NCBI GenBank assembly: GCA_963775425.1
Contig: CAVZJB010000006.1
Coordinates: 32,001-96,000, forward strand
Reading direction: 5' to 3'
DNA length: 64,000 nucleotides
Source of the DNA: an uncultured delta proteobacterium
Lineage (GTDB): Bacteria; Myxococcota; UBA727; VGSZ01
This document shows positions 29,600 to 40,580 of this stretch, piece by piece; positions within the stretch are counted from its first letter, which is position 1; each line of letters opens with the position of its first letter. The translations under genes were made by a program, and so were the position numbers. The notes under the pieces were generated by a model. The model was not told the origin of the DNA. It ran no database searches and saw only the letters and a list, made by a program, of their open reading frames with translations.

Positions 29600-31759
29600 A
29601 TGACGCGGCTGGTGCTCGGCGCCGAGACGCCGCCGATGCCGGTGTTCTTCGCGCCCGACGCCCCCGCCTTCACGCGTGACGCGGACGCCTTGGGCCCCGG
29701 CGCGGACGGCGCCTTCGACCTCGCCGGCGTCTCCGTGCGCGTGGGGCACGAGCCGCTGCGCGTCGACGTCGACGTCGGCGGGGCCGACATCTACGGCTTC
29801 GGCGCCGCCACGGGCGCCCCCACGAGGAACGGCGCGCGCTTTCGCATCATGACGCTCGACACGCTCTTTTACGGCGTGGAGGGCGCGAGCTACACGGCCA
29901 TCCCGTTCTTCATCGCGCGCGACAAGAGCGGCCGCACGTTCGGCGTGATGATCGCGACGACCTATCCCCTCGACGTCTCGGTGAGAGACGGCGCCGTCAC
30001 CGCGCGCGCGCACGTCGACACGGAAGGTGCGCCCGCGGACGTCATCGTCTTCACGGGCGCGCCGCGGGAGATCGTCACGGACCTCGCGTCGCTCGTGGGA
30101 AAGACGTTCCTGCCCCCCGCGTGGGCGCTCGGCTTTCACCAGAGCCGTTGGTCGTACAAGACCAGCGACGTCGTCCTCGACGTGGCCAAACGGTTTCGCG
30201 CCGAGGAGCTCCCCGCCGACGTCATCCACCTCGACATCCACTACATGGACGCCTACCGCGTCTTCACGTTCTCGCCCGAGCGCTTCCCGCAGCCGAAGAA
30301 GATGCACGAGGAGCTGCGCGCGCTCGGCTTTCGGACGATGGCCATCATCGACCCGGGCGTGAGCGTCGCGCCGTACCCCGTGTTCGAGGAGCTGCGCTCG
30401 AGCGACATGCTCCTGAAGCGCCGGGACGGCAGCGCCTTCGAGGGCAAGGTGTGGCCGGGCGCCACGGTGTTCCCCGACTTCTCCCATCAGCGCGTGCGCG
30501 AAGCGTGGGGCGCCTTCCACGCGCCTCTCGTCGAGGCCGGCGTCTCCGGCTTCTGGAACGACATGAACGACCCGGTCTTCCACGTCGGCCGCCGCTACGA
30601 CCCGATGGCCGAGGACGTGCGCGACCACAAGAAGAACCGCAACGTCTACGCCAACGGCATGGCCCAGGGGACGGTGGCCGGCCTCGACAAGCTCCGCCCC
30701 GGCGTTCGCTCCATGGTGCTGACGCGTTCGGGCTTCCTCGGCATCCAACGCCACAGCGCGGTGTGGACCGGCGACAACCACAGCACCTGGGAGCACCTGC
30801 GCGAGAACGTGAACATGGCGCTGAACCTCGGCGTGTGCGGCGTGTCCGTCGTCGGCGCCGACGTCGGCGGCTTCGGCCGCGGGCCCGGCAAATACGGTGC
30901 GCTGAAGCCGTTTCGCCCGAGCGCGGAGCTGTTCGTGCGCTGGATGGAGCTCGGCGCGCTCATGCCGTTCTTTCGCGTGCACTGCACGCTGTACGCGCGG
31001 CGACAGGAGCCGTGGAGCTTCGGCAAGAAGGCGCTCGAGCTGTCGCGCCGCATCCTGCGCCGGCGCTACGCGATGCTGCCGCTCCTGTATCGCGCGGCGC
31101 TCGAGGCGCACGAGACGGGGCTGCCGTTGGTGCGCCCGCTGTGGTTGTCGTTCGACGACGTCCCCGCGGGCGCCGGCGACAGCCAATTCCTCGTCGGCGA
31201 CGCGCTGCTCGCGGCGCCGGTGCTCGAGGCGGGGCAGACGAGGCGCGAGGTGTGGCTGCCGCCGGGCACGTGGGTGGACTGGAGCACCGGCGATGTTCAC
31301 GCGGGCGGGCGCACCGTCGTCGTCGACGCTCCGCTCGGCGCCACGCCGCTGTTCGTTCGCGGGGGCGCGGCGCTGTTCCTCGCGGAGCCGCGCAGGAACG
31401 CCGAGGAGACCCTGCGCGCGCCGCTGTCGCTCGAGGTCAGCGCGCCGCCGCCGGGAGAGCGCGGCACCGGCTCGCTGTTCCTCGACGACGGCGAGAGCGC
31501 GGCGCGTGGCCGCTTCGTCCTCGACGCCGGCGTCGAGGATCTCGGCGGCCGGCTGCGTGTCTCGTTCGAGCGGCGCGACACGTCGTTCACGCCGTCGCAG
31601 GCGGACCTCGAGCTGCGCGCGCCGCGGGCGTTCACGGCGGCGGTGGTCGACGGCGTCCGCGTGCCGCTGACCGAGCGCCGCCTCGACGACGCGCAGCGCG
31701 CGTGCACCGTCCAGGCGGCGCGGGTCTCGCTCGGCGCGCGCGAGATCGTCCTCGAGTGA
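29600..31759 (+). CDS. Glycoside hydrolase family 31 (alpha-glucosidase-like)
   Basis: LPPAWALGFHQSRWSY, LDIHYMD, IIDPG, GFWNDMNDP, VWTGDN, GADVGGF, PFFRVH; RBS GGAGG. Confidence 0.95.
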   Translation: MTRLVLGAETPPMPVFFAPDAPAFTRDADALGPGADGAFDLAGVSVRVGHEPLRVDVDVGGADIYGFGAATGAPTRNGARFRIMTLDTLFYGVEGASYTAIPFFIARDKSGRTFGVMIATTYPLDVSVRDGAVTARAHVDTEGAPADVIVFTGAPREIVTDLASLVGKTFLPPAWALGFHQSRWSYKTSDVVLDVAKRFRAEELPADVIHLDIHYMDAYRVFTFSPERFPQPKKMHEELRALGFRTMAIIDPGVSVAPYPVFEELRSSDMLLKRRDGSAFEGKVWPGATVFPDFSHQRVREAWGAFHAPLVEAGVSGFWNDMNDPVFHVGRRYDPMAEDVRDHKKNRNVYANGMAQGTVAGLDKLRPGVRSMVLTRSGFLGIQRHSAVWTGDNHSTWEHLRENVNMALNLGVCGVSVVGADVGGFGRGPGKYGALKPFRPSAELFVRWMELGALMPFFRVHCTLYARRQEPWSFGKKALELSRRILRRRYAMLPLLYRAALEAHETGLPLVRPLWLSFDDVPAGAGDSQFLVGDALLAAPVLEAGQTRREVWLPPGTWVDWSTGDVHAGGRTVVVDAPLGATPLFVRGGAALFLAEPRRNAEETLRAPLSLEVSAPPPGERGTGSLFLDDGESAARGRFVLDAGVEDLGGRLRVSFERRDTSFTPSQADLELRAPRAFTAAVVDGVRVPLTERRLDDAQRACTVQAARVSLGAREIVLE

Positions 31760-31781
31760 CGCCTGCTCCGGCGCGCGGCCC

Positions 31782-33530
31782 TCACGGGGCGTGAACGACG
31801 TTGTCGGCGCCCGGCGCGAGCGTGGCCGAGAGGCGGCGCCCGCCGGCCCGTATCCACACGGGACCGCACGGGGCGCCGTCGACGCGGGGGCCCGCGCCGA
31901 CCACCCAGGCCTCGCCGTCGTCGACGGCGCCGACGGCGACGCGGCCCGTCTCGTCCGCGCTCGCCGGGCCCGCGGCGGACGGGGCGCTGTCGTCGACGGC
32001 GCCGGCACCGTCGACGCGCACGCTGCAGCCGGCGAAGTGCGCGATCAGCAGCCGGTCGGTGGACTGCTCGGCGACGTAGCCGAGGGAGCGGAACAGCGCG
32101 ATGTCCTCGGGGCGGCCGTAGACGAGGAGCACGGGGCGATGCGCGAGCGCGCGCGCGGCGCGCTCGACGCCGCGTCGGCGGGCGTCGCCCTCGAGCCGCC
32201 CGGCCCTCATCCACGACGCGGGGTCGACGTAGCGGAGCCCGCGGTAGCGCGCCGGATCGGCGGCGATCGGGTGCAGGCGCGCGCTGGTGGCCTGCGCGAA
32301 CTCGCTGAGGGTGCGCCGCGGCACGGCATACAGCGACGCGAGATAGATGGTGGGCGTGACGTTGGGCGCCGCCTCGGGCAGCCCGCAGGTGAGATCGAGG
32401 ATGACCTCGCTCAACAGGCGCGGGTCCGGGCGCTGGGCGTCGAGGAGCGCGAGCGCCGGCGCGCACGCCTCGCGCCGGCGCGCGTTGTCGGCGGCGGCCA
32501 GCGCGAGGCCGCCGCACACGCACAGCGCGACGACGACGGTGGCGACGGTCCGCGCTCTCCGCGCCAGCGCGTCGAAGGGGAACGCGGCGGCGCAGAACAT
32601 GAACCCGTAGGGCGCGACGCGCACGCCGGCGAGCTGCCAGCCGGCGACGTCGCGCGGGAGCGACCAGGCCACGACGACGAGGAGCGCGCCGAGCAGGGCG
32701 ACGGCGCGGCGGGCGCCGCGATCGAAGGCGACGGCGGCGGCGCACGCTACGACGGCGACGACGACGGCGACGGCGCCGCGCACGGAGCCTCCGGGCAGGA
32801 AGCTGCGCAGCGCGCGGTCGGCGAAGGGCCACCAGACGAGCGTGGCGGCTTCATGCGCGAGCGGATCGTGCGCCGTCTGCCACGCCACCGCCGCCGCCGG
32901 CAGCCCCGCCGCCACGACCTCGGCGACGCGGAGCGCGCGGGCGCGCACGTCGTCACCGCGCGCGAGGGCGAGGGCGACGAGCGCCACGCCCGCGAGCGCC
33001 GCCGGCAGCACGTGCACGCGCGCGGTGGCGTACAGCAACACCGCCGTGGCGATGACGCGAAGCGGGAGCGCGCGCAGCCGCAGGTGCGCGGCGAGCGTCA
33101 GAAAGCCGAGGCCGAGCGCCAGCGAGAACGGCAACACGCCCAGCGCCCAGGGCAGGTGGAACGCCGTCGGAAACCCGAGGAAGCCCGCGGCCCTCGGTGC
33201 GCGCTCCCCGGCGAGCGCGGCGGCGAAGGCATAGAAGCCGAGCGCCCACACCTCGCAGATGACGACGAGGACGACGCGGTACGCGGTGCGCCAATCGAGC
33301 GCGGGCCAAAGCAGCGAGAACAGCTCGTCGACGCCGCGGTCGGTGGGCGTGTCGACGACGCCGATGACGTGGCTGAAGCGCGTGGCGGGATCGGAGAAGC
33401 TCGCCCAGGCGGCCGCGCTCAACAGGTGCTGCGGGCCGTCGTTGCTGAGCACCAGGCCGCCCGCCCACGCACTCAGCGCCAGCGCCACCGCGCACACCGC
33501 GAGCGCGGCGAGCTCGAGCTTCTTCGACAC
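31782..33530 (-). CDS. Multi-pass membrane protein, possible GT-C-type glycosyltransferase
   Basis: TM1 followed by SNDGPQHL, more than 10 TMs, C-terminal soluble domain; adjacent to GT4/GT2/asnB; start estimated. Confidence 0.6.
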   Translation of the reverse strand: MSKKLELAALAVCAVALALSAWAGGLVLSNDGPQHLLSAAAWASFSDPATRFSHVIGVVDTPTDRGVDELFSLLWPALDWRTAYRVVLVVICEVWALGFYAFAAALAGERAPRAAGFLGFPTAFHLPWALGVLPFSLALGLGFLTLAAHLRLRALPLRVIATAVLLYATARVHVLPAALAGVALVALALARGDDVRARALRVAEVVAAGLPAAAVAWQTAHDPLAHEAATLVWWPFADRALRSFLPGGSVRGAVAVVVAVVACAAAVAFDRGARRAVALLGALLVVVAWSLPRDVAGWQLAGVRVAPYGFMFCAAAFPFDALARRARTVATVVVALCVCGGLALAAADNARRREACAPALALLDAQRPDPRLLSEVILDLTCGLPEAAPNVTPTIYLASLYAVPRRTLSEFAQATSARLHPIAADPARYRGLRYVDPASWMRAGRLEGDARRRGVERAARALAHRPVLLVYGRPEDIALFRSLGYVAEQSTDRLLIAHFAGCSVRVDGAGAVDDSAPSAAGPASADETGRVAVGAVDDGEAWVVGAGPRVDGAPCGPVWIRAGGRRLSATLAPGADNVVHAP

Positions 33531-33693
33531 GAGCGGAGCGTAACGCGGGCGGGCCGTCGGCCGCGGGCTGCGTAACGCGCTGCGCACCGTGTGCCCGGTG
33601 CGTCGACGTCGACGCACCGCGCCACACGCTCCCCACCCGTCGACAACTGGCACGCCGCCTGCGAACAAACGATGCGTTCGTCCCAGGAGACCT

Positions 33694-34950
33694 ATGCGCA
33701 TCGCGATGTTCGAGGACACCTACTGGCCCAAGATCGACGGCATCAACACGTCCGTCCAGCTCTTCAGCAAGGAGCTGCGCCGGCGGGGCCACGAGGTGCT
33801 GATCATTGCTCCCAAGCACCCGCACGCGGACTACGGCGCGTGCCCCGTGGGCGACGAGGACACCATCCTGCTGCCGTCGGTGGCCACCGAGTGGCTCTAC
33901 CCGGGCACGGCGCTGGGCAAGTTCTGGCACGGCATGGCCAAGGGCCCCGTGGCCGAGCGCTTCGCCCGCTGGACCCCGGACATCCTCCACAGCCACACGG
34001 AGTTCACGATCGGCTTGTGGATGGCCTCCTACTGGCGCACGCGGCTCGCGAAAGAGGGGGCGCGGACACGGCGCGTTCACACATTTCACACACTCTGGAC
34101 CGAGTACCTCTTCTACCTCCCGCTCCCCGAGGCGGTGTCGCAGCCGTTGGTGCGCTACCTCGCGCCGCGCACCACCGCCAAGCGCTTCGACGGCGTCATC
34201 GCGCCGACGGAGAAGATGCGCGACGCGCTCATCAGCGACTGGGGCATCACGCCGGAGTGGTCGCACGTCGATGTGGTGCCGACGGGCATCGACGTCGGTC
34301 GCATGCAGCACGGCGACAACGCCCGCTTCCGCGCCAGGTACGGCATCGCCGACGACGAGAGCGTCCTGCTCTACCTCGGCCGCATCGGCACCGAGAAGAA
34401 CGTCGAGCTCGTCATCAAGACCTTCGCCGAGCTCAAGCGGCGGGGTGAGGAGAAGGTGCGCTTCGTCGTCGCCGGCGGCGGCCCCGAGTCGTACGTCGCC
34501 AAGCTCAAGCAGCAGGCGGCGGCGATGGGCGTCGGCGACATCGTGTGGACGGGCTTCGTGCGCGGCCAGGATTGGCTGGACACGTACGCGGCCGCCGACG
34601 TCGTGCTGTTCCCGTCGGTGACGGAGACCCAGGGCCTCGTCGTCGTCGAGGCGCTCGCCGCGGGCGTGCCCCTGGTGAGCGTCGAGGCCATGGGCCCGGC
34701 TTCGACCATGAAGGGCGAGCGCGGCTGTCTCTTCGCCGACAACGACCCTGGCGTCTTCGCCAGCGCCACCCAGCGCCTGCTGCACGACGACGTGCTCTAC
34801 GAGCGCAAGCGCAGAGAAGCCCTCGAGATCGCGCGCAATTCCAGTGTGGAGAAGCGCACCGACGAGCTGTTGGGCGTGTACGAGCGCGTCCTCGGCGCCG
34901 GCCGCACCGCGGTCCCGCGCCGTCGCGCGCGCGTGCGCGTCGCCGGCTGA
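33694..34950 (+). CDS. Glycosyltransferase family 4 (diacylglycerol glucosyltransferase-like)
   Basis: MRIAMFEDTYWPKIDGI, HTFHT, VPTGID, YLGRIGTEKN, SVTETQGLVVVEALAAG. Confidence 0.93.
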   Translation: MRIAMFEDTYWPKIDGINTSVQLFSKELRRRGHEVLIIAPKHPHADYGACPVGDEDTILLPSVATEWLYPGTALGKFWHGMAKGPVAERFARWTPDILHSHTEFTIGLWMASYWRTRLAKEGARTRRVHTFHTLWTEYLFYLPLPEAVSQPLVRYLAPRTTAKRFDGVIAPTEKMRDALISDWGITPEWSHVDVVPTGIDVGRMQHGDNARFRARYGIADDESVLLYLGRIGTEKNVELVIKTFAELKRRGEEKVRFVVAGGGPESYVAKLKQQAAAMGVGDIVWTGFVRGQDWLDTYAAADVVLFPSVTETQGLVVVEALAAGVPLVSVEAMGPASTMKGERGCLFADNDPGVFASATQRLLHDDVLYERKRREALEIARNSSVEKRTDELLGVYERVLGAGRTAVPRRRARVRVAG

Positions 34951-34997
34951 CCCACACACGCCTTTCACACGGCCGGCCTTGCGCGGCGGCGCGGTGC

Positions 34998-35741
34998 TCA
35001 GGCCACGACGGCCGCGAGCGCCTCGCCGAGGCTCGCGGGATGCGCGGGCGGCGCCGGCGCGCCCCGCGCCGCGGCGTCGAGGGCCTCGATGGCGTCGTGG
35101 AGGCGCGCGGCGCTCGTCGCGCCGTCGTGCAGGAGGTCGAGGGCGCGCGACGCGGTCGTGTCGGCGGCGCGCGCGCGCGCGAAGGCGGCGCTCTCGGCGG
35201 CGAGCACCAGGGCGCGCGCGGCTTGCTCGCTGCCCGCGGCGGGCCCGGACGAGAGCGCCTCGAGCCGGCGGCCCGCGCGCGCGGCGATCTCGGCGAGCGC
35301 GCCGGCGGCGCCCGCGGGGAACATGCGCGGCGCCGTCGCCGCGACGCCGAGCGCACCCACGGGACGCCCGCCCACGTGCACCGGCGCCCCGAGATACGCG
35401 CGCAGCTTGAAGCGGCGCACGAGGGCCTGCGGCACGCGCAGGTCGTCGGCGGTGTCGCGGATCTCGACGATGCCGTCGCCGCGCATGGGGAGCTGGCAGA
35501 AAGAGACGTCGCGGTCGACGGCGCCGAGCACGGCGAGGTCTTTGGGGAGGCCGGTGTGCGCGCGCAGCAGCGTGATGCCGGCGAGGGGCAGCCCGAGGAA
35601 GGCGATGGAGGTCCGCGTCTCTCGCGCCGCCTGCGCTGCCAGCGCCTGCAGCTCGGCGTCGGGCTCGACGTCGAGGATGCGCCCGGTGAGGAGCAGGAAG
35701 CGTGCGGCGGGGGCGTCGGCGAGCCAGTCGATCCGTTGCAT
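34998..35741 (-). CDS. GAF-domain protein
   Basis: [38 protein letters not shown]. Confidence 0.75.
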   Translation of the reverse strand: MQRIDWLADAPAARFLLLTGRILDVEPDAELQALAAQAARETRTSIAFLGLPLAGITLLRAHTGLPKDLAVLGAVDRDVSFCQLPMRGDGIVEIRDTADDLRVPQALVRRFKLRAYLGAPVHVGGRPVGALGVAATAPRMFPAGAAGALAEIAARAGRRLEALSSGPAAGSEQAARALVLAAESAAFARARAADTTASRALDLLHDGATSAARLHDAIEALDAAARGAPAPPAHPASLGEALAAVVA

Positions 35742-35842
35742 GCCCCTGCATCGGCGCGGCCACCGCCGAACTGAAACCCGGATCGCCCGACGACGTCGAC
35801 GGCGCGTTGACGCTGGCGCGCATCGTTGGTAGCCGAAACGCG

Positions 35843-36889
35843 ATGAACGACGTCGAGGGCACCCCGGCGGACGCGCCCGCCGCCGCCGTCGGCGCGAGCA
35901 GCTCCCCCCAGTCCGCCGCGGCGAGCAGCGCCCCGCAGTCCGCCACCGCGCCGCGCGCCGGCGCGGCGTCCGGCGTTCCGGCCGACGACCTCACCATCCT
36001 CATCCCCGCCTACAACGAGGAGGAGGGCCTGCCGCCCACGCTCGAGGCCCTGCTCGCCGAGGAGCGGCTGCGCGGCGCTCAGGTGCTCGTCATCGACGAC
36101 GGCTCCAGCGATCGCACCGCGGAGGTGGCCGCGCGCTTCGCCCCGCGCGTGCGCGTCGTCCGCCACAAGAACAACCAGGGCTACGGCGCCGGCATCAAGA
36201 CGGGCACGCGCGCGGCGCACACGCACTGGGTGGCGTGGTTCGACGCCGACGGCCAGCATCGCCCCCAGGACCTCGGCGACATGTTCGTCGCCACCGTCGA
36301 CAACCACTACGACGCCATGTTCGGCAACCGCAGCGCCGACTCCAACGTCGTCAAGAGCCGCGTGGTGGGCAAGAAGGTGCTCGGCATCGTGGCCAACTCG
36401 GTGGCGCAGCAGCGCATCCCCGACCTCAACTGCGGCTTGCGCGTGTTTCGCCGCGACCTGCTCGAGGCGTACCTGCCGCTCCTCCCCGACGGCTTCTCGG
36501 CGTCCACCACCACCACGCTCTTGTTCATCAAGCGCAACCGCCACTTCGCCTTCCACCCCATCAAGGCGGAGGCGCGCGTCGGCAAGAGTTCGGTGAAGCA
36601 GATCAGGGACGGCCTGCGCACCATCCACCTGATGATGCGCATCCTCTTCCTGTTCCAGGCGTTCCGCACCTTCGCCACGGCGGCGGCGGTGCTGCTGCTG
36701 CTCGGCGTCGGCTACGGCACCACCATCGCCGTGCTGCACGGCCAGGGCTTCCCGGTGCTCGCCGAGCTGGTCACGCTTGCCGGCGTCATCATGCTCGGCT
36801 TCGGGATCATCAGCGACCAGATCAGCGCGCTCCGCATCGACCTGCTCGAGCGCAGCGACACGCACGCGCGCACCCGGGAAGATTCGTGA
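35843..36889 (+). CDS. Glycosyltransferase family 2 (Dol-P-Man synthase/GtrB-like) with C-terminal TMs
   Basis: [45 protein letters not shown]. Confidence 0.93.
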   Translation: MNDVEGTPADAPAAAVGASSSPQSAAASSAPQSATAPRAGAASGVPADDLTILIPAYNEEEGLPPTLEALLAEERLRGAQVLVIDDGSSDRTAEVAARFAPRVRVVRHKNNQGYGAGIKTGTRAAHTHWVAWFDADGQHRPQDLGDMFVATVDNHYDAMFGNRSADSNVVKSRVVGKKVLGIVANSVAQQRIPDLNCGLRVFRRDLLEAYLPLLPDGFSASTTTTLLFIKRNRHFAFHPIKAEARVGKSSVKQIRDGLRTIHLMMRILFLFQAFRTFATAAAVLLLLGVGYGTTIAVLHGQGFPVLAELVTLAGVIMLGFGIISDQISALRIDLLERSDTHARTREDS

Positions 36890-36920
36890 CGCCCGCGGCG
36901 ACCGGGAGCTGAGCGGCGCG

Positions 36921-38810
36921 ATGTGCGGCATCGCCGGCGTCGTCGATCTCCGCGGGAGCGGGCGCCTCCCCGAGCCCGCCGTCGTCGACGCCATGACCGA
37001 CGCGCTCGCGCGCCGCGGCCCCGACGGGCGCGGCGTGTGGCGCAGCGAGCACGCCGCGCTCGGGCACCGGCGGCTCGCCATCCTCGATCCCACGCCGGCG
37101 GGCGCGCAGCCGATGGTGTCGCGGGACAAGCCCGACCTCGCCGTCACGTTCAACGGCGAGATCTACAACTTCCGCACGCTGCGCAAGGAGCTCGAGGACA
37201 AGGGCCACGTCTTCGTCACGCGCAGCGACACCGAGGTGCTGCTCGCCGCGTGGCGCCAGTGGGGGCCTGCGTGCGTCGAGCGGCTCAACGGCATCTTCGC
37301 CTTCTGCATCATCGACGGGCGCCGCGTGTTCCTCGCGCGCGACCACGCCGGCATCAAGCCGCTGTTCTACGCCGTCCACGACGACGTCCTGCGCTTCGGC
37401 AGTGAGCTCAAGGCCATCCTCGCCGACCCCGCGGTGCCGCGCGCGCCGTCGCGCGAGGCGCTCGACTGCTTCCTCACGCTCGCGTACGTGCCGCACCCGC
37501 TGTCGCCGTTTCAGGGCATCGCGCAGCTGTCGCCCGCCGGCGCGCTCGAAGCCCACATCGGCGACGGCGCCGGCGGCGTGAAGGAGCGGATCTACTGGCG
37601 CCCGACGGTGGGCGAGCGCCGCATCTCCGAGGCCGCGGCCCTCGAGGAGCTGCAGGCGCGCCTCGCGGAGGTGGTGCGCGGGCAGATGGTCTCCGACGTG
37701 CCGCTCGGCGCCTTCCTCTCCGGCGGCCTCGACTCCGCGAGCATCGTCGCCGAGATGGTGCACGCGGCGCGCGACGTGCGCACCTTCAGCATCGGCTTTT
37801 CGCAGGCCTCGTTCGACGAGCGCGAAGGCGCGGCCGACACGGCGCGCATCCTCGGCACGCGCCACCGCGCCGACGAGATCAAGCTCGACCTGCGCGACGC
37901 CGTCCTCGACCTCGCCGACACCAACGACGACCTCCTCGCCGACAGCTCCATGCTCGCCGTCGATCGCCTCTGCAAGATGACGCGCCAGGAGGTGACGGTG
38001 GCCCTGTCGGGGGACGGCGCCGACGAGATCCTCGCGGGTTATCCGACGTACGTCGCCACGTACCTCGCGCGCGCGTGGCGCCTCGTCCCCGCGCGCGTCC
38101 GCAGCGGGGCGCTGCGGGCCGCGGCGCTGCTGCCCGTGTCCACCGAGCGCTACAACCTGCGCGACTTTGCGCTGCGCTTCTTGCGCGGCGCGGAGCGGGG
38201 CGCCGCGCGCGACTTCGCCTCATGGCGCATCTACCTCGAAGACGACGACAAGGCGCGGCTCGCGAGGCCCGGCGCGCTCGCCGACGCCGACCCCGTGGGG
38301 CGCTACGCGGCGGCGTTCGATGCGGCGCCGGCGCGCACGCTCCTCAAGCACATGCTCGTGGCCGACTTCTCCTTCTACCTGCCGAACGACATGCTCGTGA
38401 AGGTCGACCGCGCGAGCATGCGCCACGGCCTCGAGGTGCGCGTGCCGTTCCTCGATCGGGAGCTCGTCGACTTCGCGCTGTCGCTGCCGTCCACGCTCCT
38501 GTTGTCGCCGCGCGGGGAGAAGAAGCGCATCCTGCGGCGGCACGTCGCGGAGCGGGTCTCGCACGCGGCCGCGCACAGGAAGAAGCGCGGCTTCAACGTC
38601 CCGGTCGCCGAGAGCTTCAAGGGGCCGCTGTACGACCTGCTGCTCGACGCCGTGCGCAGCGAGCCGTTCCTCGGCGACGGCCCGCTGTCCCCGTCGGCGG
38701 TCGAGTCCCTCGCGCGCGATCACAGAGACGGCCGCGTGGACGCCGGCTTCCGGCTCTACGCGGTGCTCGTGCTGGCGCTGTGGTGGAACCGCTTCACGCG
38801 CGCCGCTTAG
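36921..38810 (+). CDS. asnB: Asparagine synthase (glutamine-hydrolysing) family amidotransferase
   Basis: MCGIAG, RRGPDG, HRRLAILD, FNGEIYN, SDTEV, LSGGLDS, SGDGADE, KVDRASM, EVRVPFLD. Confidence 0.95.
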   Translation: MCGIAGVVDLRGSGRLPEPAVVDAMTDALARRGPDGRGVWRSEHAALGHRRLAILDPTPAGAQPMVSRDKPDLAVTFNGEIYNFRTLRKELEDKGHVFVTRSDTEVLLAAWRQWGPACVERLNGIFAFCIIDGRRVFLARDHAGIKPLFYAVHDDVLRFGSELKAILADPAVPRAPSREALDCFLTLAYVPHPLSPFQGIAQLSPAGALEAHIGDGAGGVKERIYWRPTVGERRISEAAALEELQARLAEVVRGQMVSDVPLGAFLSGGLDSASIVAEMVHAARDVRTFSIGFSQASFDEREGAADTARILGTRHRADEIKLDLRDAVLDLADTNDDLLADSSMLAVDRLCKMTRQEVTVALSGDGADEILAGYPTYVATYLARAWRLVPARVRSGALRAAALLPVSTERYNLRDFALRFLRGAERGAARDFASWRIYLEDDDKARLARPGALADADPVGRYAAAFDAAPARTLLKHMLVADFSFYLPNDMLVKVDRASMRHGLEVRVPFLDRELVDFALSLPSTLLLSPRGEKKRILRRHVAERVSHAAAHRKKRGFNVPVAESFKGPLYDLLLDAVRSEPFLGDGPLSPSAVESLARDHRDGRVDAGFRLYAVLVLALWWNRFTRAA

Positions 38811-40412
38811 CGCGCGCGACGCCGCCGGCGCAGCGGGACGAGCGCGAGGAGCGCGGCGAAGGCGACGGCGGGGGCGTCGCCGGAGGTGGAGGCGCAGCCG
38901 CCGCCGTCGGCCGCGTCGACGGTGTGGTTGATGCTGGCGTCGGCGGCGTTGCCGGCGGCGTCGACGGCCGTGAGCGTCAACGTGAACGGCTTGCCGAGCA
39001 CGCGGCCGAGGCCCTTGGTGTCGATGCGGAGCACGGTCGCGCCGTCGGCGCGGGCCGACGGAACGAGGGAGCGGCCGAGCGCGAGGGCGGGGCCGCCGTT
39101 CACGGAGATGACGGCGTCGTAGCGCAGGTCGAGCGGGCCGCTGACGTCGTCGCTGCCCGGGTCGAGCACGGCGACGAGCGCGGGGCGGTCCGGGTGGCAG
39201 GCCTCGGCGACGGACAGCGCCGGATTCTGGGTCCTCGCGCAGGTCGCGCACCACCGGCGCCGCCGGCGGCGTGTCGTCGACGACGTCGCCGACGGTGAAC
39301 GGCGCGCCGATGGCGTCGCCTGCGGCGAGCTTGCAGCCCGCGCACACACAGTGCGGGCAGTCGAGCGCGATCACCTGGTAGCTGCCGGCGTCCAGGGGGA
39401 CGGCGGTGTCGTAGACGTGGCCGTCGTCGGTGTTCTCGACGGGGATGAGCGGTGTCACGTCGCCGCGCGCGCCGCGCAGGGCCACGGGGATCTCCTCGAA
39501 CGGGAACGCCACCTGGATGCGCCCGTTCCTCGGCACCTCGGCCGCCGCCGTCACCTGCGGCCGCGCCGGCAGCTCGCACCACAGCGGCGCGAGCGCGTCG
39601 CGCGGCTCGTTCTCGTCGAGGAACGAGCGCGCGCGTGTGCGCACGATACGCGCCGGGCCGATGTTGCCGGCGAGGTCGCGCGCGGTGAACGCGACGAGGA
39701 ACTCGTCGCCGAGGGCCACCGGCAGCGTGGTGCCGAGGTCGCCGGTGATCGTGAAGGGGACGCCGGTGTTGAACAGCTCGCCGAGGTTCTTGATATCGCC
39801 GCGGCCGGGGCGCGCTGCGACGCCGACCCACGTGTCGCTCGGGAGCTGCGGGCCGAAGTCGACGAACACCTGGTGCGTCTGCCCGAAGGACTGGCCGCAC
39901 TGTCCGGACTGCGGCAGCACGAAGACGTTCACGCCCGGATCGGCCTCACCGAGCACGGGCGCCGTGTGGTCGATCTCGTCGCTCGTGGTGAAGCTCTGCT
40001 CCGCGACGCCCTGGCAATCGGGGCAGGGGTTGGCGTCGGTGGGCTCGAGGTGGATGAGGTACGACGCGTTCGCGTCGAGCGGCGTCACCGGGTGGAAGTT
40101 GGCGCCGCTGCGCTCGAGGGGCAGCCGGGCGCCGGTGTCGTCGAGGAGCTGGAGGGAGAACACCGGCGGGTCGGCGCCGAGGCTGCCGACGTCGCCGCCG
40201 AGGCGGATCTCGACGTTGCGCGGCACGCCGAACGCGTTCGCCGGCGGGCTCAGCACCTGCACGAAGCCCACGTTCGGCGCGATGGCCACGTCCGGCACCG
40301 GCGGGGGCGAGGCGCCCGTGTCGAACCCCGTGCAGTCGGGGGGCGCCGGCACCGCCTGCCCGAGGGCGGCGGTGCTGGTGAGGGAGGCGAGGACGAGCAG
40401 GCGGCGCAGCAT
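38807..40412 (-). CDS. Ig-like-domain surface protein with MYXO-CTERM-like tail, interrupted by a 1-nt frameshift near 39230
   Basis: Signal peptide MLRRLLVLASL; SPPANAFGVPRN and ARDLAGN Ig-like motifs; second frame continues NPALSVAEAC...AVDAAGN...GGGCASTSGDAPAVAFAALLALVPLRRRRR. Confidence 0.75.
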
Positions 40413-40580
40413 GGGGTTCCCCGGGGACGGAAGGGTGCCGCCCGCACGACGCACATCGTATGCCAGCGGGCGGGCACGGAAGCCCGGGGGCCTGGCCGCC
40501 GCAGATCCTCGAAAATGCGCGACCGGTGCGAGGTCGAGCGAGCACCCATTCGCCCGGACGTCTGGTAGCTTTCTGCGCCC

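Noticed and set aside
35890-35950. Short duplicated segment ([16 protein letters not shown]) in the GT2 N-terminus
   Set aside because: Low-complexity linker duplication with no evident functional signal
36921-38810. Lasso peptide cyclase / RiPP cluster
   Set aside because: Full-length AsnB with an N-terminal Cys glutaminase domain next to glycosyltransferases; no B protein or precursor peptide seen
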